NCBI GenBank assembly: GCA_963668675.2
Contig: CAXXMB010000002.1
Coordinates: forward strand, 224,001-288,000
DNA length: 64,000 bases
Direction of reading: 5' to 3'
Source: an uncultured Desulfatitalea sp.
Lineage (GTDB): Bacteria; Desulfobacterota; Desulfobacteria; Desulfobacterales; Desulfosarcinaceae
The translations under genes and the position numbers were made by a program. The first letter of the stretch is position 1; every line of letters begins with the position of its first letter. This document shows, one piece after another, positions 9,095 to 17,637 of the stretch. The notes beneath the pieces were generated by a model, which was not told where the DNA came from, did no database searches, and was given only the letters and a program-made list of their open reading frames with translations.

Positions 9095-10044
9095 TCGCAC
9101 GCCGGCATGACCCATGAATTTTCGATCAGCAGGCGTTCATCGATGCCATTTTTTGTATACGTTTCGATGGCCGCGAAGAGTCGATCGAGAAGTGTTTCGG
9201 TGGTCTCGCTGCCGAGTTTTTCGCTATCCACCGGAACGATTCCCCATGCCAGCATGCCGCCTCGTTCCAGGAATGGCGCCAGTTGGGACGCATAGAGGGC
9301 CAATTGATCGGGATACTGATAGGCGTCGAAGTTGATGACGTCGATATCGGAATCGATCAGGAGGGTCCAGTCGATGTTGGCGCAGCAGTGCACCCACCGC
9401 AGGCCTCTGACTTTGTCGAAACTCGCATCGATGGCGTCGATGATCTCCGACCGCGTGCCGGTGCCTGCGGCCGATGTAAAGGTCACCAGCGTGGTCTCGG
9501 GCAGATCGACGATCACCTCGACATCGGGGATTTGTGCCCGGATGGTGGCTTCCAATGAACGCGCCTTGATGTTCATGCCTTTGATCAGAATATCGCGCAG
9601 CGTTTCATTGTATATCGATGGCTGGCCGTCGGCCTGCTTCAAAAAATCGCCGAAAAGCAACGGACCGGCCGTGTGGAAGATGACCCACTTGAGTTCCGGG
9701 GGGCGCTCCTGCTTGATTTTGCCGATCATTTCGTGGATGAAGGGCGCGGCTTCCGGGGTGGTCCTGAAGTAGTCCAGGTCTTCGGCTTCGTAACGGTCGT
9801 AGAATTCGATGATCTCGGCTTCTCTCTCCGTGGAGAGATCAAAATAGACCATGCGCCGCTTTCGATCGAATACCAGGCACGGCAGCCCCTCGAGCATCCA
9901 GCGAATGCTGCGGGTCAAGGCCGGCAGGCAGGGTGCTTCGGGCAGGCACTTCAGGATCGTACGGGCCGCATGGCCCACGTCGCGGTATGGGGCGACCCCC
10001 ATCGCGGTGGCAGCAAAACAGGGCTTGGTCAGTGTCTTTTGCAA
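8998..10044 (-). CDS. Methionine synthase catalytic-core-like (single MetE barrel) protein
   Basis: TAGPL, VHCCANIDW, INFDAY, LAWGIVP and MPAC motifs typical of core methionine synthase homologues. Confidence 0.7.
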   Translation of the reverse strand: MQKTLTKPCFAATAMGVAPYRDVGHAARTILKCLPEAPCLPALTRSIRWMLEGLPCLVFDRKRRMVYFDLSTEREAEIIEFYDRYEAEDLDYFRTTPEAAPFIHEMIGKIKQERPPELKWVIFHTAGPLLFGDFLKQADGQPSIYNETLRDILIKGMNIKARSLEATIRAQIPDVEVIVDLPETTLVTFTSAAGTGTRSEIIDAIDASFDKVRGLRWVHCCANIDWTLLIDSDIDVINFDAYQYPDQLALYASQLAPFLERGGMLAWGIVPVDSEKLGSETTETLLDRLFAAIETYTKNGIDERLLIENSWVMPACDLVMLKPEEADRALTITSEIAQAVRQKYAIAS

Positions 10045-10087
10045 TGCTCAACTCCATCCTTTTGGTGTAATAGGCTCCGGCACGCTT

Positions 10088-11155
10088 CTACCTGCCGAAA
10101 AGCTTGTCGAAACGCATCAACAGCGCAGCATCTCCATCGACCTTGTACTTTTCGGCCATGAAGAGATTCTGACCGTCGGCCTTGCCGGTAACAACGTCCA
10201 TCCAGAGTTCGAAAGGCGTTTCGATGGTGAGGGAGGGCTGGTCGGCCTGGCCGGCGCGTGGATCGATCATGCCGTTCTCGATCTTGAAGTAGCAGGCCCC
10301 CTGCACCTCTCCAGAGAAGACGAATTGAATGGTCGCCTGGGTATCGGCGGCGGCCTCCCTGTTGAAGGCGATGGCCATCACCAGCATGAAACTCTCCAGG
10401 GTGTCGGGTCGCGGCACCATTCCGCGCTCTTCGAACCCCTTGATGGTCACGCCTTCGGCAATGCAGGTTTTCCAAACGAGGTTGGCCACTGCACTCCAGA
10501 CATCGAGATCCTTGACACTCTGCTCGTGGATACGCTCCATGGTCGCTTTGGAAACATGGCCCTGTGTAATGAGCTCTTTGCCGGCCTCGGTCGTTGCCGC
10601 CAGAATCCGCTGCGCGCGGCTGCCCCCCCGTGATGCGGCCATCGCTTCGGCCCCGGGGCGGTAGATCTCCGCGGCCAGCCGCTTGCCGAACAGGTATTTG
10701 GCCCACGCGGAGAGCGGGCCGAACACCTCTTCATCATGGAATCCGGCCACCGACAGCACCACCGCTTTAGGGTGGCCATAGCGGGGCGGATGCACGGTTC
10801 GGCCCTCATAGGTGATAAAGAAGGGCTCGTTCATGGGCAGGGTGCGCTCGATGAACGCTTTCATGGTGGCGTTGACGGTGTAATGGTACAACGGGCTGGC
10901 ATAGACCACCATATCGGAGTGGCGAAACTTGTCGAAAAGCTCGGCGCTCATGTCGTCTTTATGGATGCAGACGCCCGGGGTCTTGGTCCAGCAGTTGAAG
11001 CAGCCGCTGCACTGATTGATCTTCTTGTCGCGCAGGTGGATGACCTCCACCTCGGCTCCGGCCGCTTCCATGCCCTGCACCAGGTACGACAGCATGAGTT
11101 CGGTTTTGCTCTGCCCCTCGCTGCGAGGGCTGGAGTTGAGCGCAAGCACTTTCAT
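10088..11155 (-). CDS. Iron-sulfur flavoprotein/FMN reductase-family protein fused to an SCP2 sterol-binding domain
   Basis: NSSPR, CSGCFNCW...C, ASPLY, MKAFIER. C-terminal ATIQF...LTI...G...FMAEKYKVDGD. Confidence 0.85.
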   Translation of the reverse strand: MKVLALNSSPRSEGQSKTELMLSYLVQGMEAAGAEVEVIHLRDKKINQCSGCFNCWTKTPGVCIHKDDMSAELFDKFRHSDMVVYASPLYHYTVNATMKAFIERTLPMNEPFFITYEGRTVHPPRYGHPKAVVLSVAGFHDEEVFGPLSAWAKYLFGKRLAAEIYRPGAEAMAASRGGSRAQRILAATTEAGKELITQGHVSKATMERIHEQSVKDLDVWSAVANLVWKTCIAEGVTIKGFEERGMVPRPDTLESFMLVMAIAFNREAAADTQATIQFVFSGEVQGACYFKIENGMIDPRAGQADQPSLTIETPFELWMDVVTGKADGQNLFMAEKYKVDGDAALLMRFDKLFGR

Positions 11156-11189
11156 CGAAGTCTCCTTTCAATGGGATTCGGGATGATCT

Positions 11190-11936
11190 CTAATCGTCAA
11201 TTCCCAGGTAAGCCCTGTTCCAGGTGGGGCTGATGGTGATCTCGTTGATGCAGACATGGGCGGGCTGCTCGGCAACCCAGCGGATGGTTTGCCCCAGGTC
11301 CGCCGGCTGCAGCATTTTGGCCCGGACTTCAGCGGATGGCGGCATGGGGCGACTGTCCATGATCGGAGTGTCCACCTCGCCCGGGCAGATGGCGCATGCG
11401 CGGATGCCGTTGGCGCACTCCTCCATATTGAGATTGGTGGTCATGGCAACCACGGCGTGCTTGCTGCTGCAGTAGGCCGGCCCGACGATGGCCGATGGGT
11501 ACAGGCCGGCCCATGAGGAGATGTTGATGACCAGCCCGCCCTTTTGCTGGCGCATATGGGGAAGCACGGCACAGGTGCAGTAAAAGGTGCCGTCAAGATT
11601 GACGCGGATCACCCGGTCCCACTCACCGGTGTCCATATCGCGCCAGAACCGTTTGGGGCTGTTGAGGCCGGCGCTGTTGATCAGGATATCAATGGTGCCG
11701 TGGCGCTGAACGATGGCATCCGCCACCTTCTGAACCGCCTTTGAATCACTCACATCCAATGGTTCGACCTCGGCCTGGCCGTTGGCAGCCGCTATCTGTC
11801 CGGCTTCGTACGTCAGCACCGCTTCACGGCGACCCGACATCACCACTGTGGCGCCAGCCCGGGCCAACGCCTGGGCTCCCGCAAGACCAATACCGGTTCC
11901 CGCACCGGTGATCCATACAACTTTACCTTTGAGCAT
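11190..11936 (-). CDS. SDR-family oxidoreductase
   Basis: TGAGTGIG, NSAG, YCSSK. Start placed at ATG 11936 after AAGGAG. Confidence 0.92.
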   Translation of the reverse strand: MLKGKVVWITGAGTGIGLAGAQALARAGATVVMSGRREAVLTYEAGQIAAANGQAEVEPLDVSDSKAVQKVADAIVQRHGTIDILINSAGLNSPKRFWRDMDTGEWDRVIRVNLDGTFYCTCAVLPHMRQQKGGLVINISSWAGLYPSAIVGPAYCSSKHAVVAMTTNLNMEECANGIRACAICPGEVDTPIMDSRPMPPSAEVRAKMLQPADLGQTIRWVAEQPAHVCINEITISPTWNRAYLGIDD

Positions 11937-12164
11937 GGTTCGTCTCCTTCGCAATGCGTTCATACCTATTGCCATTTTTTTGCGTGCAACCTTGGCAGAT
12001 ATCATAGGAGAGAGAGATGGGAGAGGTCAACCGATATGGTCAGAAGAAAAGGACAGCCTCAGCTGCATGCTCTTGTTTTTCGTTGAACGACGACGCCTTT
12101 TGTGATTTAGTTTAGCCAGTTGCGCTGAAGTCGCCTCACCAATGAACCGATAACCTTGTAAGAG

Positions 12165-12337
12165 CGGCTGGTGCAGCCGGTACCGTAAGCATGCGTTGGA
12201 GCTCTACGCGCAAGGGAATTGCCGGAATTTCAGACACCGACATTTGCAGTTCGGATACCTCCTCTTTCACCATCTCGCCTCCTGACCGGGCACTATTCCC
12301 AGGCGCAGCGGTACCTGTTTGTAAATCTTCGTTTACA
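12165..12337. other. Candidate structured RNA or 5' leader
   Basis: Nested pairings 12179-85/12309-15, 12208-11/12303-06, 12214-19/12295-300 and 12220-25/12286-92, plus flanking hairpins. No family recognised. Confidence 0.35.
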
Positions 12338-12395
12338 GATCCATCGAACCAAACCATTCAGCTTCCAACGGACATCGGCCACCAAAGGAGTCGAC

Positions 12396-13364
12396 ATGGC
12401 GGACACCCAGCAACAGCAACAATTCCTGCGCAGGGCCCTGGTTAAAAAAATCATTCGCCGCATCATTGCCCTGGTCACCATCGTCTGTCTGGTCTATGGC
12501 CTCGTCGCCCTGGTCTACGCCACGAAAACCATCTACAAGGTCAAGATGAACTATGCCGTGGTACTGGAGCGCTTCAACGGGCAGCGCGAGGCGGTCACCG
12601 ACGTGGGCTGGCACATGCGCTGGCCCTTCTTCACCCGCATCGAGCAGGAGGTCGCCCTGATGAACCAGCGTCTCCATCTGGGCGGTCAGGACGAGCCTAT
12701 GCGCATCATCTCCAAGGGCAACGTGGCTTTATGGACATCCGGCGTTTTGACTTACCGTATCCGCAGCCTGCACACCTGGGCCATTGAAAACCTCGATCCC
12801 ATGCAGTTGCTGCAGGGCGACTATGACGGCATCGTAAAAGATCTGCTGCAAGCCGAGCCGGTGGATAAGCTTATCTCGGAGCGCGAACAGATAAAGGAGC
12901 GGATTTTCATGGCGCTCAAGTCGGCCCCCATCAACGTGGGTGGCCCTACCCTGGAGGGCAAGTACGGCGTCGAGATCGTCAGCTTTGTGCTCAAGGAGAC
13001 CCGCTTTGGAGACAAACTCGTGGAGGCCACCGAGGAGAAGAAGCGCCGGGAGCTGATTGCCGAAGCCGACAACTATGCAGCCGACCAGGAGGCCAGCCGT
13101 ATCCGAAAGCTCTATGCCGCCTATGTCGACGGCATTCAGTCACTCCAAAAGAGCATCGGCCGGACCGACGGCACGACCGATACGGCCATCTTGCAATTTT
13201 TAACCCAGCAGAAATGGGCGACGGCCTATGAAAAGAACCAGGAGGGGCAGAATACGGTGGTCATTCAGAACACCGAACAGTCGCCGGCACTGACACTGCC
13301 CTCCTCCCAGGCGGCAACCGGCGCCAAGGCCGGAGCGCCGAAAGAGAACGCCAAAGCGAAATAG
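12396..13364 (+). CDS. SPFH/band-7 domain membrane protein
   Basis: AAAGGAG ribosome-binding site then ATG at 12396. One TM helix, AVVLERF...GWH..WPF, LISEREQI, KYGVEIVSF, then a coiled-coil region. Confidence 0.8.
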   Translation: MADTQQQQQFLRRALVKKIIRRIIALVTIVCLVYGLVALVYATKTIYKVKMNYAVVLERFNGQREAVTDVGWHMRWPFFTRIEQEVALMNQRLHLGGQDEPMRIISKGNVALWTSGVLTYRIRSLHTWAIENLDPMQLLQGDYDGIVKDLLQAEPVDKLISEREQIKERIFMALKSAPINVGGPTLEGKYGVEIVSFVLKETRFGDKLVEATEEKKRRELIAEADNYAADQEASRIRKLYAAYVDGIQSLQKSIGRTDGTTDTAILQFLTQQKWATAYEKNQEGQNTVVIQNTEQSPALTLPSSQAATGAKAGAPKENAKAK

Positions 13365-13436
13365 TCCGTCCCAAATGGTACCCCATTTGGAGAGACCGCT
13401 AACCGGAGGCCGCATATATAGCATTGGAGAAACAAG

Positions 13437-16400
13437 GTGCCCAAACGCCTGACCAAAAAAGTGACCTATGTCCGCCTGCCTGAGCAGCGCATTACCGAGA
13501 TTCAGGCCCTGGTGGCGTCGTGGCCGTACGAGACCAAAGCCTTCATGCGCGCCCGGCTCAATCAGTACAAGCCACCGCGCATCTGGATGAGCAGCTTGAT
13601 CGAGTGGGCTATGTCGTTTGTCATGGATTCTCCCGACAAGACGTTCCGCGTCCTCAAAGACCCGAATATCCTCACCGACTGGCAAAAGCGTTTCGAACTC
13701 TCCGGACAGGCCAATCCCCAGGATGCCTGGAACCGCATCCTGGAAAAGGAGGTAACGGCCAGGGACTACCTCTACCTGCTCAGTCTCCTCGACGAGCAGT
13801 TGACCGACGTGCATGTGCCGATCGAGTTGGAGACGCTGTTCGAAAAGATCTACCGGGCCCATATCCGCAAGGAGTACGTCTCCGATCCGATTGTGCCCAA
13901 AGCGCCGCTGCTGCTCGTGATCGGACCGTCGGGCAGCGGCAAGACCTCTACGGTCACCGAGTCTGTCGAAAAGGTGATCTTCAATGATCAGGTGCTGCCC
14001 GAAATCGACCTCAATCTTAAAAAGGAGGAGTTGCTCGCCAACGAACCCTTCTGGAAAAGTCTCGAAGAGGTCGACCCCACCCTGGCCATGGAGATGGTCC
14101 GTCTCAAGCGGCTCAAGTTCTTCAAACGCCTCGGGCGCATGCCGGTCATCCGCTGGATCTTCAAGCGCCAGATCAACCGCAATCTCTCCATCCTGGAGGA
14201 GCAGGGCATTCAGGTCGACTATGCCATGGTCACTCCCAACGACTACCAGACCGCTCTTGCCGGTGAACCGGGCAACTACTTCAAACGGGCGCTGGGCGAT
14301 GCCCGCAAAACCGCAATCCGTCACGTGGAAGAGGCCCACAGCGCCTTCGGGCGCGTCGAAGGCCACGCCAGCGGTGCCGAGCGCCAGCAGCGCACCCTCA
14401 TCGACACCTCCAACATCGTCCTGGACGAAATCATCAACGGCAAACGCGACTGTCTGCTGATTGCGACCTCCGACCAGCCGGAGCGCTTCGATGCGGCCAT
14501 CTATCGAAGGTTCGTGGAGAAGGGCAAGATCATCAACCTCTCCGACTTCTGGAAAAACCCCTCCAATCTGGGAGAAGTGGTGCGCCTCGAGCTGCAGCGC
14601 CACGACATCGAGGTGCACGCCACCGGTCAGCGGAAGCGACCGATACCGGATCGGCCGGAACCGATCAGCCGGGAAGATCTCGATCGCGCGGTCGATTTGA
14701 TCTACCAGGTCTTCGAAGAGCGCACCCTGAAGGTGATCCCCTCATACGTGCGCAAACTGGTCCACTCGATTGTGGAGATCAAAAGCGGCTTCACCATCGA
14801 ATACCTTAAGGATCCGCTGCTGGTCCGCCAGGCGTTCGAACTGGTGGCCCAGAACTCTTATGGCGATCTGTACAAACGTATCGTGGACCGCATGGACCGT
14901 CATGTCCGATGGGAAGAGTATGTCGGCGGCATCAAAGACACCTTCTCCGAAATGACCAACAATTGCCTCTACTACGGCGTCGACGAAGAGAAAGGGGTGG
15001 TGCTCAACGGACCGCCGGGAAGCGGTAAAACCTTTCTGGTGCGCACCTGGCTGGGCGAGAACAAAGATGTCCACGATATGGCCACCAGTGCGGCCGCACT
15101 GCAGGACCCGGTCAACCCCATCGACGGTGCCGTGGAGAACATGGAGAAGCTCTACGACATCGCCAAGATGATCGCACCCTCGGTGGTCTTTTTTGATGAA
15201 GGCGATGCCCTGGCTCCCAAGCGCAGCGCCTCGGGCGGATCGCCCTCCGACAAACTGACCAATAAATTCCTGAGCCTGATCGATGGCGAGATCCCGCTCA
15301 GACGTGTGTTCACCGTGCTGACCACCAACCGCCTCGACATTATCGATCCGGCCCTGATCCGCTCCAAACGCCTGAAGGTGCTTGAAGTGTCAGGCATGAT
15401 GAGCAAGGACGACATCAAAGGCATCATCGACATCTCCCTGGAGAAGGTGCCCCTGGCCGAGGATCTGGACGCCAAAATGATTATCGAAAGCGCCCAGGGG
15501 CTGTGCAACACGCCAGCGGATTACGCCGCTTTTGTCGAAAAGGCCAAGGCCCTTCGCAGCACAGAATTTGAAGTCCTGCAGCGCTTCCGCGACATGCAGG
15601 CGACCAACGACGACATCCGCATCAATTTCGTCAAATTCAATCTAAAAACCCTCATGGGCATCATCGAAGCCGTCGAACTGCCCGCCGAGGTGCGAAACCG
15701 GATCAAAGCCAAACCCTTGAGCATTCTCGACCACTTCGATGAAATAAAGACCGCCTGCGACCAGGTTGGAGCGGCCGATGACTATCCGCTGACGCGCTCG
15801 CACCTGACCTCGGCCAAGGCGGAGATCTCCCAGAGCCCGGTCCAGAAGGGGAAGGTTCAGTTGGACGAATTCCTGGAAGCCGAGTTGAGCCAGGAGCCCC
15901 AGGTCGGTTTCATTATCGGGGTGGGGGCCAACGACACCTCCGGGGTCCTGCTGCCCATCGCCACAAGCCTCACCTATCGCGTTTCGGCCAAAAATGTGAT
16001 CGTCACCGGTGCGGTCTCCACCTCCTCGTCGGCCTCCGCCCAACTGGACATGGCGGTGCAGATGACCCAGCAGTCTGCCCAGGAGGCCCTCACCATGGTG
16101 AAAAACTATCTCCAGGGTCTGGATCCCAAGGTGAGCACCGCCCGGCTCTTGGGCGACTTCCTGGAGGACTACACCATCCACCACCAGCTGCTCTCCGCCT
16201 CCTATAATGTGGGCGGCCCCTCGGCCGGCTACGCACTGGCCATCAACACCCTCTCTACCCTCATGCTCATACCGGTGCTCAACGACTTCGGCATCACCGG
16301 CGCCCCCTGGACCAAGGGCGTCAAACCCGGCGAAGTGGGCGGATCGGTCATCATTGGTGGCCATAAAAAAAAGACGGAGAAGGTGCTGGCCTACCTGCGC

Positions 16401-16856
16401 CGAATGTACATGCCGTTGAAAAACTATATGGATCTGGATCAGGATTTTTTGATGGGCTACTGGACCCAGGGCAAAGATATTCTGGGAGTGACCCACTTCG
16501 GCGATCTGATCCCCGAAGTGGTGTGGCTCGGCCAGCCATATGAACGACACCTTCAGGAGCTGATCAATTTGCGCATCGCGTATAAATTGGCCAAAAACAA
16601 GGGGGAGAGCCCGTCACAGGAGATCAAGGAACGCATCCTGGCCATCAAAGAGGAGCTGCGCGGCCAGTTCGAAAAACAGATCCAGGAGCGACTGGCGGCA
16701 TTGCGCTACTATCTTCGCAGCCCGGTTCGTGATCCCCATCTCTCCCTTACGGAGATCTACCGCCACAAACCCGGCCGTATGGCCGACTGGACCGAACCGA
16801 TGTTCAGGCTGATCCGCAACATCAAATCACGCAAATCCTCCCCGCCCGAGTCGTAA
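13437..16856 (+). CDS. Tandem AAA+ ATPase with a C-terminal Lon (S16) protease domain
   Basis: Walker A GPSGSGKT and GPPGSGKT; Walker B RHVEE and VFFDE; SRH motifs FDAAIYRRF and IDPALIRSKR; Lon-like GGPSAG...GITG...IGGHKKK. Confidence 0.85.
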   Translation: MPKRLTKKVTYVRLPEQRITEIQALVASWPYETKAFMRARLNQYKPPRIWMSSLIEWAMSFVMDSPDKTFRVLKDPNILTDWQKRFELSGQANPQDAWNRILEKEVTARDYLYLLSLLDEQLTDVHVPIELETLFEKIYRAHIRKEYVSDPIVPKAPLLLVIGPSGSGKTSTVTESVEKVIFNDQVLPEIDLNLKKEELLANEPFWKSLEEVDPTLAMEMVRLKRLKFFKRLGRMPVIRWIFKRQINRNLSILEEQGIQVDYAMVTPNDYQTALAGEPGNYFKRALGDARKTAIRHVEEAHSAFGRVEGHASGAERQQRTLIDTSNIVLDEIINGKRDCLLIATSDQPERFDAAIYRRFVEKGKIINLSDFWKNPSNLGEVVRLELQRHDIEVHATGQRKRPIPDRPEPISREDLDRAVDLIYQVFEERTLKVIPSYVRKLVHSIVEIKSGFTIEYLKDPLLVRQAFELVAQNSYGDLYKRIVDRMDRHVRWEEYVGGIKDTFSEMTNNCLYYGVDEEKGVVLNGPPGSGKTFLVRTWLGENKDVHDMATSAAALQDPVNPIDGAVENMEKLYDIAKMIAPSVVFFDEGDALAPKRSASGGSPSDKLTNKFLSLIDGEIPLRRVFTVLTTNRLDIIDPALIRSKRLKVLEVSGMMSKDDIKGIIDISLEKVPLAEDLDAKMIIESAQGLCNTPADYAAFVEKAKALRSTEFEVLQRFRDMQATNDDIRINFVKFNLKTLMGIIEAVELPAEVRNRIKAKPLSILDHFDEIKTACDQVGAADDYPLTRSHLTSAKAEISQSPVQKGKVQLDEFLEAELSQEPQVGFIIGVGANDTSGVLLPIATSLTYRVSAKNVIVTGAVSTSSSASAQLDMAVQMTQQSAQEALTMVKNYLQGLDPKVSTARLLGDFLEDYTIHHQLLSASYNVGGPSAGYALAINTLSTLMLIPVLNDFGITGAPWTKGVKPGEVGGSVIIGGHKKKTEKVLAYLRRMYMPLKNYMDLDQDFLMGYWTQGKDILGVTHFGDLIPEVVWLGQPYERHLQELINLRIAYKLAKNKGESPSQEIKERILAIKEELRGQFEKQIQERLAALRYYLRSPVRDPHLSLTEIYRHKPGRMADWTEPMFRLIRNIKSRKSSPPES

Positions 16857-17018
16857 TTTCCCTCAATAGCGCTCTGCGCTGACGGACGCTCATGCGTTGT
16901 GATATCGTTATGCCCTTTCGGGAATTTTTTTCGAATCCATCAACTTACGGGGTTTGCAAAATCTGCATACAGAGACGCATCCATTTCGGTAAGGCTTCAT
17001 TGTCAGCCCCATTTACTC

Positions 17019-17435
17019 CTACACAATTTTTTCAATGGAACCGGACAGTATTATTCCAACTTCTGCTTCTTTCACGTCAACTTCTCGGGACAGCATTTTG
17101 TGAATGACGGCAATTACCTCATGGACACCACTTTCCAGATCGCCGATAAAGCGCGGATGGAGCTTGTGGGCTTTGGCCAGTAAAGCCGAATCCTTGGTCG
17201 GTAAAATCAGAATCATGGGCGCATCTTCAACAAGGTAACGGATTGACATCAGTGTCGTCAGATCCTTTTGGTCTGCTGCAGCTAAAACAATGATCGCACT
17301 CTGAGTCGGTGTATGGCGAAGCCGTGTGCTGAAGGGTGCCAGGGACGTGTATGCCATGAATTGGGCAAACGAAGCCTTAATCATCTCCTCGAAATTTGCG
17401 GCGACATAACTGTTCCGAAACAGAAGGATCTCCAT
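17019..17435 (-). CDS. Hypothetical protein, degenerate receiver-like fold
   Basis: GAGG ribosome-binding site; alpha/beta pattern IIVLAA...MILILP...AHKLHPRFI; preceded by a sigma54 motif. Confidence 0.65.
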   Translation of the reverse strand: MEILLFRNSYVAANFEEMIKASFAQFMAYTSLAPFSTRLRHTPTQSAIIVLAAADQKDLTTLMSIRYLVEDAPMILILPTKDSALLAKAHKLHPRFIGDLESGVHEVIAVIHKMLSREVDVKEAEVGIILSGSIEKIV

Positions 17436-17477
17436 ACAGCCTTACCTCTATGATGGGTTGACCTTTTTGGTCTGGAA

Positions 17478-17496
17478 CAGCATCAATTATGCCAGA
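17478..17496 (-). promoter_or_regulatory. Sigma54 -24/-12 promoter
   Basis: TGGCATAATTGATGCT, with GG-N10-GC spacing. Confidence 0.65.
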
Positions 17497-17637
17497 AATC
17501 GTTGACGGTCTGATCAGGAGGGCCATGAGGCAAAAAATAGCATATCCGCCCAATCGAAAGATGAAGATTATCGTAAACCTGTACTATTTTCCTGATGCGC
17601 GGGAGAATTTACTGCCTGGCAGGAATAATCAGAAAGA

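Noticed and set aside
8176..9117. Plus-strand ORFs 8176-9117 and 4810-5499 that resemble each other
   Set aside because: They are antisense to the duplicated SnoaL gene; the DNA duplication explains the similarity.
11957..11975. TGGCAATAGGTATGAA as a sigma54 promoter for the SDR gene
   Set aside because: It has GA rather than GC at -12 and sits very close to the ribosome-binding site.
13200..14618. Long antisense ORFs (also 27117-28583, 29317-31314, 31342-32445, 51688-52767, 54071-55387)
   Set aside because: They shadow well-supported genes on the opposite strand, as expected in high-GC DNA, and carry no motifs.
16365..16372. A8 run next to the protease Lys codon as a phase-variation tract
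   Set aside because: Short, explained by consecutive Lys codons, and the frame is intact.
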